Part shown: piece by piece, positions 35,501 through 46,900 of the stretch
How positions within the stretch are numbered: position 1 is the first letter of the stretch
Layout: every line of letters starts with the position of its first letter
From: Macrostomum lignano
Taxonomy: Eukaryota
Length of the DNA stretch: 64,000 nt
Direction: 5' to 3'
Assembly: GCA_002269645.1 (NCBI GenBank)
Contig: NIVC01003972.1
Span: 3,047-67,046, forward strand
Notes under the pieces: model-generated
Database searches by the model: none
What the model was told of the DNA's origin: nothing
The model's input: only the letters and a program-made list of their open reading frames with translations
Made by a program: the position numbers and the translations under genes

Positions 35501-38500
35501 CAGGGAAGAGAGGGCAGGGATGAGAGGGCAGGGATGAGAGGGCAGGGATGAGAGGGCAGGGATGAGGGCAAGGAAGAGAGGGCAGTGAAGAGGGCAGTGA
35601 AGAGGGCAGGGAAGAGAGGGCAGGGAAGAGGGCAAGGAAGAGAGGGCAGTGAAGAGGGCAGTGAAGAGGGCAGTGAAGAGGGTAGTGAAGAGGGCAGGGA
35701 AGAGGGCAAGGAAGAGAGGGCAGTGAAGAGGGCAGTGAAGAGGGCAGTGAAGAGGGCAGGGAAGAGGGCAGGGAAGAGAGGGCAGGGAAGAGGGCAAGGA
35801 AGAGAGGGCAGTGAAGAGGGCAGTGAAGAGGGCAGGGAAGAGGGCAGTGAAGAGGGCAGGGAAGAGAGGGCAGGGATGAGAGGGCAGGGATGAGAGGGCA
35901 GGGAAGAGATGAAGGAGAGAGAAGGGAGCTAACTAAATAAGCTACTAGGGTACAAGGAGGTGAAAAAGAAGCCAAATAAGACAAATTCAAATCCACAGTA
36001 ATGAATATTCAGCAAAATTAATGAAAGCGCAGCCAGGCCCCCAGCCTTACCGGCTAGGTTTTTCTTCATGGTCAGCCGAATCCGCGATGTGTTGGTGATG
36101 AGGCGCACCAGCGTGCCGCCCCAGTCCTCTGAGTTGCCAGCCTCGAACCGCGTGGTTTCCCACACCACCTCCTTGAACAGCAGGATCTGGTCTCGAGCCC
36201 GGCTGCGCAGGTAGGTGAACTTCAGGTCTCCCTTCGTCCAGGTGGGCAGCACTGAATACAGATGGACCCGGGATAGCTGGAAAAGTTGGGAGAATAGGGA
36301 TCTAGTTTTGGGACTAGGGATTTCATTATGGGACTAGGGATCTCATTGTGGGATTAGGGATCTCATTGTGGGATTAGGGATCTCATTGTGGGATTAGGGA
36401 TCTGAAGATCATAGGAGTTGGGATCTGATGATTATATGATTTGGGATCTGATGATCATATGATTAGGGATCTGAAGATCATAGGAGTTGGGATCTGATGA
36501 TCATATGATTTGGGATCTGATGATCATAGGATTTGGGATCTGATGATCATAGGATTTTGGATCTGATGATCATGGGATTAGGGATTTGATTATCATGGGA
36601 TTAGGGATCTGATGATCATGGGATTAGGGATTTGATTATCATGGGATTTAGGGATTTGATGATCATGGATTAAGGATCTGATGAACATGGAATAGCGGAT
36701 CAGGATCAGCATACTAAGGATCGGGCCATGGGATTAGATGGAAATTTGGGATCGAATGCATTTCGAATGGGGTTCAAGGAATTACTCCCAAAACATTTTT
36801 GCTGCCAGCACTCGGTGTCCAGAGAGAGCATTACTCACACCGAATGCATCTGCCATTTGCTCTACTTAGCTTTGTACCTGTGTTAATCAATTCTCTTCGC
36901 TCTGGGCCGAAATGCACCAGTGATTGGAATCTGAATTAGGAATCTGAAATGACACGCAAAGCTCGCACCTGAATAGACGCTCGAAACGCCTTGGCAACGA
37001 AGACGATGGCCACCGAGTTCACGCACAGATCGATGCCGTTAATAACTTTGTCAGCGAAGCTGTAGCGCCCGTCGGAGGTTTTGTCCTTGTAGCTGGCCGT
37101 GTCGGAGCTGTGCGGCGGCCGCGGGCTGTCCAAGGCTTCAATTTCAACCGTGACCTCATCAAGGCTGAGGCACAGCGGCTGCTTCTGCAGTTTGGTCCAC
37201 TGGCAGCGGATGCAGACCCGGTTGCAGCGGGCGCTGCGCAGCCGCAGCCAGGTGGGCAGGTCCAGCAGCTGCATGATGGCCTCCTCGTTCAGCTCCAGGT
37301 TGGTGAGCTCGCCTTCGCCTTTCATGAAGCTCAGCTTCAGGTGCTCTGGGGACAGGTTCTTGGCGAATCTGATGGCGGTGAGTGGGGAAACTGCTCTCAG
37401 CCAATAGCCACTTAAATGGGTGTGTTGCCAATAGAAACAGCTGGGTGATTCCCAAGGTTGCACATGTATGCCTCCCATTATCCATTTTCAATATGCATTC
37501 ATCATGCCTCACTACACAAAACCAATTGCCAACAACTTCCAACTATCAATGCAGGGTTCTCATCCTCTTAAAATAAGGTAGCTCCAAATAAAGTAAACAA
37601 AGCCATCTATACTATAAAGCTATAATCTGTTGAGTATACCTGAACTTTTGTTAAACTAATCAGCAATATAGATAAAATCATTGTCAATGAAACTAAACTT
37701 TTATATTCAAATTAAAGCTATTGCTATATTATATACATTAAAAAAAGAAGTATAAAAAGATTTGCCAATAGTTGAAAAAGATTAATATATATTCTAGATT
37801 TTAATTTTTTATGAATATTATACGAGCATATTTTAAGTTCTATCATGCTATCCTGGAGTAAGGAAATTTTAGCTATGCTAATTAGTCTTTGGTAACAAGA
37901 TTTATGAAATTTAAAATGGCAGCTAGTAATTAAAAAAACTTGTTATAAATACTGACTCATATTTATACATAGCAGTAGGGTATTAAGAGATAATAGCTAT
38001 AAAATATTTTAACCAAAATTTAAACTTGTATAAATTTTTTATTTAAATTTTTACTTGTATCAATAAATTTTACCAAAACCATATAATCTTTCTTAAGACA
38101 TTCTTGTTAATTGGTTTTCAATTGTAGGAACGTGACTTCCGGTTGCATGAAAACGCATTTGGCCAGCTGCACTTTGAGTCCGTAGTGGTCCAATCGTGAC
38201 AGGACAGCTTCCAGGTGTTGCAGGTGCTCCTCTTCGCTCGCAGATGCTACCAGGAGGTCATCGATGTAGGAGATGGCGAAGGGGAGCCCGCGGAGCACAC
38301 CGTCGATGAACCGCTGAAAGGTTTGCGCGGCGTTCCTCAGGCCGAATGGCATCCGGGTCCACTCGTACAACCCGAATGGCGTGACTATGGCGGTCTTGTG
38401 AATATCTTCTTCGGCGATCGGGATCTGATGGTACGCTCTCACCAGGTCGAGCTTCGAAAAGACTTTCGCACCGTGCAGGCTCCTCGTGAAGCACTGGATG

Positions 38501-41250
38501 TGAGGAATCGGGTACTTGTCTGGCTTGGTCAACCGGTTGAGCTTCCGATAATCACCGCATGGTCTCCACTTGCCGTTCGGAACACCGTCGTTCTTCTTTG
38601 GCACCATGTGCAGCGGTGATGCCCAGTTGCTGGACGAAGGTCGCAGGTATCCGGCATCGATCAGCTGCTGAAACTCATTCTTCGCGATGGCTAGTTTCTC
38701 GGGGTGCAGCTGCCTGGCCTTGGCGTGAGTCGGTTGATGCTCGCCGGTAACGATGACGTGACGCTTGTCGTGCTTGACCTCTTTGGCTGGTGGCAGGCGA
38801 CCTCCCTCCACGTATGTGAAGGTGTCTTTGAAGCGGTCAATGAGCTGACGGACCCGCTGATCGCAGTTGTCGGGGTACGCCAAGGAAACGCTGAAGGTGT
38901 CGAGCTGCATCGCGGCAACCGGCAGCGTCTGCGTGCGCAGCTTTGTTTCAGGATCGACCAGCTGGCGTGTCTTGCAGTCGACGAGCAATCCATAGTGCGA
39001 TAGGAAGTCATATCCCAGTATGGGCTGAACCACGGCGGCGACCAAGAAGGTCCAGCGGAACGAGCGGCGCAGGCCTCGAATAGCGACATCGAGCGTGGCT
39101 TCTCCAGCAACCGGGATTGGAGCACCTGTGGCGGTGGTTAAGCGGAATCCAGTCGCTTGGAAGGCCTGGCGTAGATACTTTGATGGGATGATGGATGCTG
39201 CGGCACCAGTGTCGACGAGGAATGCAAATACTTGGCTGTTGAAGGTCAGATCTACCACCAGGAAGGCTTGGTTCGCCGCTCTATCGCTGATGGCGCTGCT
39301 TACTACGGCGTGTTGGGCAGCGCCGCCCAGTTTTCCGGATCGCGACGCACAGGCGAGTTAGAGCGAGACTGGGCGGGCGTTGACTCGCGGTTGCTAAGGA
39401 CGCGTGGCTGGTGCCCCGGCAACTTCGGAAACTGACACCACCGGCGGCATGTGCGCGCCTGCAGGCCGTAGAAGACGTGCGCGCGGCAGACGACTGGACG
39501 TTGACCGGATCGGAACGGCGGCACGTCGTTGCGAGGTGGTCTCCGTGTCGCAGCTGAGCCTTGGGTTTGCTGAGCTGGGATAGCAGCGACAGGCTGCGCT
39601 GCTCCGAGCTGCCCTACTGCGTTGACCTTCCCGCCGGTACTCTGGACGCTGAACATCGCGTCGGCGATGGTGGCGATCTCCGTAGGGGATTGGCCTTGGA
39701 AGCCCGACAGTGCGATGCGGAACTCGCTGGGTAGGCAGCGGAGCAGGGTTGCTTTGACCATATCAGGGCACACCGTAGGATTTAGTCCGCACTGCGACAT
39801 CTTGGCGACCAGTCGCTGCAGAAAGATCGAAGGTTTATCTCCGCCGAGGTCTGAGGTTGCCAGAATTTCATTGATTTTTTCTTGTTGGCTCTTCTGCAGC
39901 ATGTTGCAGACGCCTTTCTTCAGGTTGGTGTAGCTCTGCACATTAGCTGACGACAGCGAATCTCTGGACAGGAAGACCGAGCCGATGTCCTCGGGTAGAT
40001 GGGCGACCAGATGAAAAAACTTAGTTTTCTCAGAGGTGATGTGCGCTAAGTTAAACTGCGCCTCCAGAGTGCAAAACCACGCTTCTGGATTTGTCCGATA
40101 GAAGGGTGGTGGCTTGACAGCCACAGCTGCCACTGCTGGGTAACCAGTTGGCGCAGCGTCGTCGTTTGCGGCGTCCTGCTGACCCTGGAGTGCGTCGACT
40201 TCGGGTTGAATTGAGTCTTCGTTGGACATTTTTGGTGTCGCCTCACCGGACCAATTGTAGCAATAGTTGATGAAGATAAAGAGCAAAGGCGGTGGTTCTG
40301 TGTTTGCTGTATGAAAATAATCACTTAAAGAGTTGAAGTACTTTGGTTACGTTTATTTATAGTACTGAACTGAGTATAACCGGAAATTTCTAGAAGTTTC
40401 GTTAGTTACAACAAAATTAAATATTTTAAATGCTATTACATAACACTACCATACAAATGCATTAATAAATATGACAACAATAAATTTTATACCTAATATT
40501 AAGCAGTAAGACTAACATTTGATTAAACTAAAGGAAATTTCTGGAATAAACTTTAACTTTGCACTAAAAAAGTAATTTCTCAAAAATTCTAATTCTAAAA
40601 AAATCTAGCATAGGCCTACATGTACTTTCTAAGATTGATACTTTACGCTACACTAATACATTGGCATTTTAACAAAGGTATCTATTGTAGCAAGGTAGGA
40701 AAAGGCAAAAAGAGGCATAGCATAGCAAAGGAAATATGGCTAAATTCTAAATAGAAAAGTTCAAGGTATTATACAATCATAGTAAAAGTCTAGCCTTGCA
40801 TAGAAAAAGAGAATTGGCTTGCGTAAATATCTTATTTGGCTATTTTTATATCTTATTAATGCTTTTTAGTGTGAAGTTTTAGTAGTCCATATCTTTTTAT
40901 TAGGCACTCTTTCTATTGTCATAATAGATATTTAAAATATATTTTATATTTATAATGCTTTTATAAGTACCAAACTTACAATTAATATTAATATTACCAT
41001 CTTGATTTGTAGCATGTAATGACAATGTTATTTAGTGTCTAAAGGTTGCATTATATTATCTTTTAAACTATCTATGGCTAAGCTTAGAAAACTTTGACAA
41101 TGCCTTTTAAAAAAAGAAAACAAAAATTCAATACCTTTGGAAAATATGATAAAATAAAAATTATAGCACCATTAGAATAATCTTTACTTACCTAGACAAG
41201 TAGTGCAAAATAGGATTTTTTGCTATGTTGAATAAATTTCCAAATACCAT
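17570..41250 (-). CDS. BLTP3: Bridge-like lipid transfer protein BLTP3 (UHRF1BP1/SHIP164 family), 13 exons, 1224 aa
   Basis: Exons: 41250-41192, 37368-36969, 36276-36051, 34456-34293, 33535-33310, 32854-32762, 32074-31772, 25074-24968, 23943-23872, 22987-21992, 21837-21154, 18647-18533, 17799-17570. All are GT-AG and phase-consistent (3675 nt). Chorein-[57 protein letters not shown] and a C-terminal coiled coil match the family as I recall it. Donor at 21991 is the least certain. Confidence 0.9.
17825..18510. repeat. 20-bp minisatellite (BLTP3 intron 12)
   Basis: Unit GAATCTCCATGACCCATCCT. Confidence 0.95.
18655..19557. repeat. 22-24-bp minisatellite (BLTP3 intron 11)
   Basis: Unit approximately GGGTGAATGGGATTTGCAATAT; runs up to the acceptor at 18648. 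Confidence 0.95.
19995..21110. repeat. 12-bp minisatellite grading into a 24-bp unit (BLTP3 intron 11)
   Basis: GGGAGTGCCACT/GGGAGTGCTACA, then GGAGTGCCATCGGGAGTGACAAAA. Confidence 0.95.
23055..23825. repeat. Two adjacent arrays in BLTP3 intron 9: 23-bp (23055-23600) and 20-bp (23620-23825)
   Basis: GAATATACTGTCCTCAGGGGCCT, then GAATCTCCATGACCCATCCT (same unit as 17825-18510). Confidence 0.95.
24290..24520. repeat. GA-rich low-complexity repeat (BLTP3 intron 8)
   Basis: Purine-only tract on the plus strand. Confidence 0.9.
25750..27261 (+). CDS. LINE ORF1 (gag-like), 503 aa, intact
   Basis: Precedes ORF2 by 39 bp. Basic helix [19 protein letters not shown], a central folded domain (DUF4780-like by inference) and an acidic tail. 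No CCHC knuckle. Confidence 0.8.
   Translation: MAFEPTMDNQAFSRDGDPSKPQPQSEGPAGPAGRSQPTDSTVAKEGPAGSAGRSDQSYQTQNTQRPASSAGGSKGTASSEPKGSAKSGRSDEAQRARLERKRAKQRAKRQAKKGAAGAKAAASTMDAEATGVPRQPDGPAGGSSGSSAAALPGDAAAAAEAETTAQQMATANKEVPSGATFAAKAKAKIPGVIIQGRDQDWTTDQLQKVWSAVDSYLIELTVEEGISIGIERMVLRSTFVLIAPSSEEDARQLLQRLPTVSLDADLGGALFLREGQRPKTIPYVVFVPAKSTAAGPDVIRRVLLRLNPDLPASGLVYHRRVRRGETGNSIVLGLSSTWASRYPNGSSFQLGALKLKMRRGKSAKGKATANPGISGKSGAQSKAQGKAQANPKAKAASRPSASSSSATAVTAPAKPREPNLLVGEGVEDEAGSSESELSSAALVGSEVKDADEEASSILSSEPEDSAGEGGGGEGEEAMDVDQLPSPSQAPAAWDEDDLLSKSP
27301..31039 (+). pseudogene. LINE ORF2: AP endonuclease, reverse transcriptase, RNase H, C-terminal zinc knuckle; two frameshifts and one stop
   Basis: [29 protein letters not shown] (APE); [33 protein letters not shown] (RT); [29 protein letters not shown] (RNase H); [14 protein letters not shown]. 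Breaks near 28000-28140 and 28570; TAA at 29180-29182. Confidence 0.93.
32095..32740. repeat. 22-bp AT-rich minisatellite (BLTP3 intron 6)
   Basis: Unit TGGCGATTTAATGATGATTGAT, degenerating rightward. Confidence 0.95.
32920..33300. repeat. 21-bp minisatellite (BLTP3 intron 5)
   Basis: Unit GGGCTCGGACAGAGACCAGTA. Confidence 0.9.
33620..34245. repeat. 24-bp minisatellite (BLTP3 intron 4)
   Basis: Unit TCTCACAGTGGTATATGAGGTGAT. Confidence 0.96.
34660..35920. repeat. GA-rich 12-14-bp repeat (BLTP3 intron 3)
   Basis: GAAGAGGGCAGT/GAAGAGAGGGCAGG mixed units. Confidence 0.95.
36300..36720. repeat. 20-24-bp minisatellite (BLTP3 intron 2)
   Basis: GGGATTAGGGATCTCATTGT and GGGATCTGATGATCAT-type units. 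Confidence 0.9.
38125..39336 (-). pseudogene. Gypsy Pol (protease + RT), -1 frame relative to gag, truncated
   Basis: FLVDTGA protease; [33 protein letters not shown] motifs; stops after EVTFL. Confidence 0.9.
39303..40228 (-). CDS. Gypsy Gag
   Basis: [31 protein letters not shown] and [18 protein letters not shown] motifs; likely start MSNEDS at 40228. Confidence 0.88.
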
Positions 41251-41489
41251 CTTGATTTTTCTTTATTATACTATGTATGTCTATAGCATCAGTTACAGAT
41301 AGAGATAAACTATGTGGGAAGATGTCAACAAGTTAATGAAAGGTGAGGGAATTATGACTACTGTAGGTTTGTTTAAAAAATAATTTATAAAGTCAAAGGT
41401 ATGATTGATATGATTTAAATTTATGTTGTAAATAAAAAGTTAGAATAGAAAGAGAAGTGCTTCAACTCAATATTTATTCAAATTGTCTG

Positions 41490-42335
41490 GGTGACTAACA
41501 ATAGTACCGTCTATTATGTCGATACTACAGCTGCAATCCAGAAACCTCATTTAACTTTAGTAATAACGAATCATCTATTACCAGGCGATGGCATGGTACG
41601 TGATGTCACATCACACTTAATAAACTGCATTTGTATTTTAGCCCATGGATTAGAGGAAAATCAACGTAAAAAATGTAGTCAAAATATCTGACTTGATATG
41701 TAAAACTTTAGTGTTGCAGTATATAGAAAAAATCAATGCAATTGCTTTTCCTGTTGACTGAATATCCCAAGCCTAGAAGGAATAATCTCTTCCTCCTAAG
41801 CAGACTACCCAGCTTTCAGTTTCTTTGAAAAATGAAATTTTGAATTTTTCAGCTGTGAAACAAAAAGTGAAACATTTAAAACTACAATACTAAACCGTTA
41901 CTAAATCTGTTTAAGTTATCATACTTTCATGATTTATGAAAATATCATGCAAAGCTATTATTTCTTTAAAATAGTGCATGAAATTTCAAACAACTACATT
42001 TTATTAGAACCCCGAGCAACGAATTTTTCAGTGTTGGTGGTGTACAAGCAGTACAACTACGGTTATCTGATTAACGTTATAAAATTACGAAAAGTAAACA
42101 GAAATAATAGGACTAAAATATAATATATGTGTTATCAGATAAGACGATGTTGCTGTTACGTAGTGTCATTACGGGCCTCTTGATATTTTGCGTACATACA
42201 AACATGCATCTGCATGATTAATGCCCACTTTTTTCATGAACAGCCTAGTGCCTGCCTACTAGCATCGCCAATGCCATAATTGGCATGAATATACTCAACA
42301 ACAGTCAAAATTTCTACTTGTACAAATCACGTGTA
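41490..42335. promoter_or_regulatory. Probable bidirectional promoter between BLTP3 and the DnaJ gene
   Basis: Lies between divergent first coding exons (41250 minus, 43956 plus) and retains about 19 CpG while both flanks have almost none. TSS positions are inferred, not observed. Confidence 0.45.
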
Positions 42336-43955
42336 GCTAGAGAGAAACACTTCTAATTTAAAATGCACAGTCAGTGGTGGATTTAGCAGATGGGGTGCAC
42401 AACACATACCCCCATGTATGATATAGATATACCCCCATTGAGTTTGATTTTTTTAATTTTTTATATGGAAAATACACATTATCATGTACATATACTTGTG
42501 CATGATATTCATATAACATGTACCTTAGTAGTCTACACCCTCTATTCAAAATTTTCTGGATTTGTAACTATGTACAGTAAGTTAAATAAAAATATTTAAA
42601 CAAATTGACAGTAAATCCTGCAACCTAATGATAACATACTCTTGAAATAATCCAAATATACCATGTGTCTATATTGAGAAATATTTTAAGGGAAGAAAGC
42701 AATATAGTTGAATGTAGCAGTAGGTGTAGGTCTAAATGGATCTGATGCTGACTCTGATGCTAACTATAGGGCCTAGGCCTAACTTATTTGATTTCTATAA
42801 GATGAGTGGACATATAATTTTAGTGGAGCCTATGCAGTGTGCACAATAGTTTAAAACTAATTAGAGGTTGTCACCTAACCTGCTAACCCTCCAAAAGCCA
42901 AAAGGTAGTGCTAAATACATGTTAAAAATTATAGTATGCCTATAAATTATATCATCTGAAGTATGTCATGATATTAGTCCTAAAAACAAGTTTAAAAAAA
43001 TATTATTTCTATGCTTTTGTACTATTTTTTAGACTTTAGTTTAACTTTTTTTGTTAATAGACAAAATGCTTATAGATAAATAGTCTAGTACCTTAGTACA
43101 ATAACAATAGCAAGATACTTATCATACAACAGTCAGCCAGGTTGGCCAATCCAGCCAACCAATTTGGTGGCCAACCAGGGTAAGTTGTAAAAATGCCCAT
43201 TCAAATAAATACCAAAGTAGTACTAAGTAGATTATGAGGCATTTTCCTTTAATAAGACAGCCATAATTACTCTTGCCATTTACCCAAAATTGCATTAATT
43301 TTGCTTTAGGGCTTCTTTTACATTTAAGTCACATTTTTGGCCAAAAACTGTTGCTTTTTTGTTAAAACTAAGTAATATGGCTGACCAAATTTTGGAGGTT
43401 GCACATGTATGAAACTTATATGCCTATAAATAAGTGCTTTTATCTAAGAGCCAATGGAGCCAAGTAGGTATAATTGCCTTTAGTATTAATCAATAAAGCA
43501 ATAATAAGTAAATAAATTTAAAAGAATTATAAGTATGCATATACTATTGCCAACCAATCCAACTTTCAAAAATTTTGGTAGACTAAAGATAAGTTAAAAA
43601 ACTAGATTTAACAAAATTTTAGGTAATTTGCAAAAATAAACAACATAATTTTATTCATAACTAAGTTATATAATTAGTATATTTTCAGTCCAGAGGTTAG
43701 GTCAATGCATATAAAATTAGACATTTATATAGATAGCATTAGCTAATAGCCATTCCCCATGGAGATAATAGGGGCTATATTGTAACAATCTTATACATAA
43801 CAGTATAAACTTTTATTCAAAAGATTATATATTCTTGCTTTTGCTTTATAATTCAGCCATATATAATAATAATACTAACTTTTAATGAAGTATTGAATAG
43901 AGAAAGTATTTAATCAGCATTGATTACCAAATCCCATTTTTATTTTTCAGACACT

Positions 43956-46900
43956 ATGAACATTATCTGGAGAAAAAAGTACATTCATGTACTCTGTCGA
44001 AGGTAAAGCATTGTATCACTAGTTTCCTACATCCTAGTTTTTTATCTATATAAAATCCTTTATTTAAAGCTCCCAGTTAGCATAGGAATCATTCTCATTC
44101 CAGATGCCTCAGCGCTGCCAACCTCTATGACAAGCTAGGGGTGAGCCCCGCCGCAACCCAAGCAGAGATTAAGAAGGCCTACATTGAACTGTCAAAGCTG
44201 GTGAGAGAATGGCATTGGTGGGCTTACTTGACTTAGTTGCGCTGTGAGGGATGGCCGTAGCCTAGTGCTCTGATGTGCCAGCGGCCCAGACTCGATTCCA
44301 AGTTCAGTCACAATGTCACATTATTTTGGGGCTAAATTGGGATCTCAGCTTGGATCTGCAATCGTGCAGTTAGCGCTATTGAGAGGTGAGAGTGAATCCC
44401 CAATGCAAAGCAAAGTGTACATGCCTGACTATAAAGAAAGCCCAACGTTGATGAGGCTGTCATCCAGGCGTCTGACAGTTCCAGGATGGCTGTGATCCCG
44501 GTGTTGTCGGTGCGCTTTAGGGTGTTTTGCAGTCACTAGGCCGCGGCGGGAAGCTCTCGGTTGACTGCAAGCTCGTCAACAGAGGTAACAACGCTGCTGG
44601 CTGGACCCCAGATTCGTCCTCTCTGCAGAAGGCTAAGGTTGAGGTCCCAGCTCTGCTCGGGCAGCAGTTCAAGGCTGCAGCGTCCTCGAGTCAGCCTCAC
44701 TGGGCCAAATAAGAAGGCACGAGTCCCTCGTCGCGTTCGAGTGAGTGTTCAGAGGCTGCCCTTCGGAGTTCGCTCCCACCAGAGGCCATTAGCAGTGCGG
44801 CTCAACTGCTTCAGCTGGTCGGGGACTGTCGGTTGCCTTTTGGCCGCCTTAGCATAGGAAAGCCGGGGTTCAGTGGAGCCTTCATCGGTTGGGCTGTCCA
44901 GCCTCCCGGCTGTTGGTCCCTGGCGCCGGTAGGGCTTCCGCCCTCCTTGGCTCAATTCGTCTTGTTAAGTCGGCGGCGAGCAGCTGGAGTGGCAGAGGCG
45001 GTTGGAGTGACAGGTGTCTTCTCAGAGGCACCGCTCAGAGTTTGCTCCACGGGTCACGCCGGGGCGTCCCTGATGGTAGCAGGGGGTATAGCCACGGCTC
45101 CACGGCCCCTACTGGATGCACTGTGTCATTCACAACCGGCAATTCACTTGGGCTAGAAACCGTTGACGAAGTGGAAAAGTTGGGACTTCCTACAGAGCAC
45201 AGGCAAAGAGCCGCAAGGCCGCGGCTCCAAACCAAGCGGCAAGTCATCAAAAGAAAAGAAAAAGAAGAAAAGAAAAGAATACCACGGGAACCGTTAGTGA
45301 CCAGAATACTCCCTGGCCAAGCGTCCAGCACGGAGTTACACTGGGACCTTAGAGCATGATCTTATGGTCACAACAAGAACTGTGCTCAGTAACACCCACG
45401 GGACGAGTACTCTTCGAAGTGCTCGACTTCCAAGGTGAAAAACAGAAGACAAAGTCTCTTGAGCTATCAGGCCACCGAAAGGAGACAGGTATTGAGCATC
45501 GCTGGCTGGGAGAGGCCATACTGCACAGATAGTTCACCACGCCATTCTGGGTAAAGTCAGGGGAAAATGTGTTGAATTCGGAGCCGTCTGTGGGAGAGCG
45601 GTGCCTCAATTTTGTCGGCTAATAATTCTCTTTGATCTCGCCGCCCCGCCGTAGTACCATCCGGACGCGAAGACCGCGCAAAGCAGCTCGGAGAAATTCG
45701 CCGAAATCAACGCCGCCTACGAGACCCTCGGCCGGGCCGACCGGCGCCGCCTGTACGACTCGGAGCGGCTCTGGCGGTCCGCGGCCGCCGCCTCCTCAGC
45801 GGCTTCCTCCGCTTCACCGCCGCCAGGCGGAGGCCGCCGGAGCGCCGGGCCCAGCGACTTTGAGCAGCGAATGCGTCACGAGATGGAGTGGATGTACCGG
45901 GCCTCGCGGCAGCAGCAGGGCGGGCCGGAGTCGGCTAGCTGGGACGATGAGGTCAACAGCAGCTTCAAGGTGCGGCTGCGTCTTTCATTTGGGTTTTGCC
46001 AAGGTCAAAGGAGTCGGCGCTTAGGCACTGGGGGTGGGGGAGGCTCAACAAGCATGCGTCCGACTCTCAAACTCTCGGGCGCATGGTCCTTGGTTCGATT
46101 CTGTGCGATTCACAATTTATGGCGATTTCGCCGAAAGCGTTTCGCCAGGGTGAATATATGCACATAGTATTGGTGCGTGGGATCCAAACATACAAATATT
46201 ACCGTGACTAAACTGCATGATCTGGCTCGCGAATGCCCCCGCCATCAGATGAAAATCGTGGTCGCTTTGGCTGCAGTTATCGTCGTCGGCGTTGGCGTCC
46301 GCTTGTTCGTGATGTCCATCATCCAGGCCAGCCAGCACCGGCGGGACGAGACCGAATACCAGCTGGCCATGTCGCTGCTCAAGCAATCGGAGGACACTAA
46401 AGGGGAGCGAATGGCCGCCATGGCGCCGCAGTGGAGAGGAGCCGGACAGCAGGTGCGAATGGGGGCAGCGCCATCCCATCCAACTGTGGGCAGCGCCATC
46501 CCATCCAGCTGTGGGCAGCGCCATCCCATCCAACTGTGGGCAGCGCCATCCCATCCAACTGTGGGCAGCGCCATCCCATCCAACTGTCGGGCAGCGCCAT
46601 CCCATCCAACTGTGGGGCAGCGCCATCCCATCCAACTGTGGGGCAGCGCCATCCCATCCAACTGTGGGCAGCGCCATCCCATCCAACTGTCGGGCAGCGC
46701 CATCCCATCCAGCTGTGGGCAGCGCCATCCCATCCAGCTGTGGGCAGCGCCATCCCATCCAGCTGTGGGCAGCGCCATCCCATCCAGCTGTAGCTGTACA
46801 CCCTGTGTGAGCGAGTGCATGAGTGCCTGCCTGCACACAGTATTGGCGCGCCTGTCAGTAGTCAGTGGAGTGGGCAGAATTGCCTCAGCGCAGGTTGTGG

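Larger units (their letters stand above)
38125..40410 (-). mobile_element. 3'-truncated Ty3/gypsy LTR retrotransposon in BLTP3 intron 1
   Basis: Candidate 5' LTR 40410-40256 (TGTAAC...GCTACA, contains TATAAATAAA), then PBS-like TGGTCCGGTG, gag, and pol ending inside RT. No RNase H, integrase or 3' LTR seen. Confidence 0.88.

Noticed and set aside
33550-35996. Long repeat ORFs (YHCENH, PSSLP)
   Set aside because: Minisatellite translations within BLTP3 introns 3 and 4.
36936-37478. Track ORF start MGGIHVQPW as the BLTP3 N-terminus
   Set aside because: Family similarity begins at RFAKNLSP after a CAG acceptor; a phase-matched first exon ([20 protein letters not shown]) is at 41250-41192.
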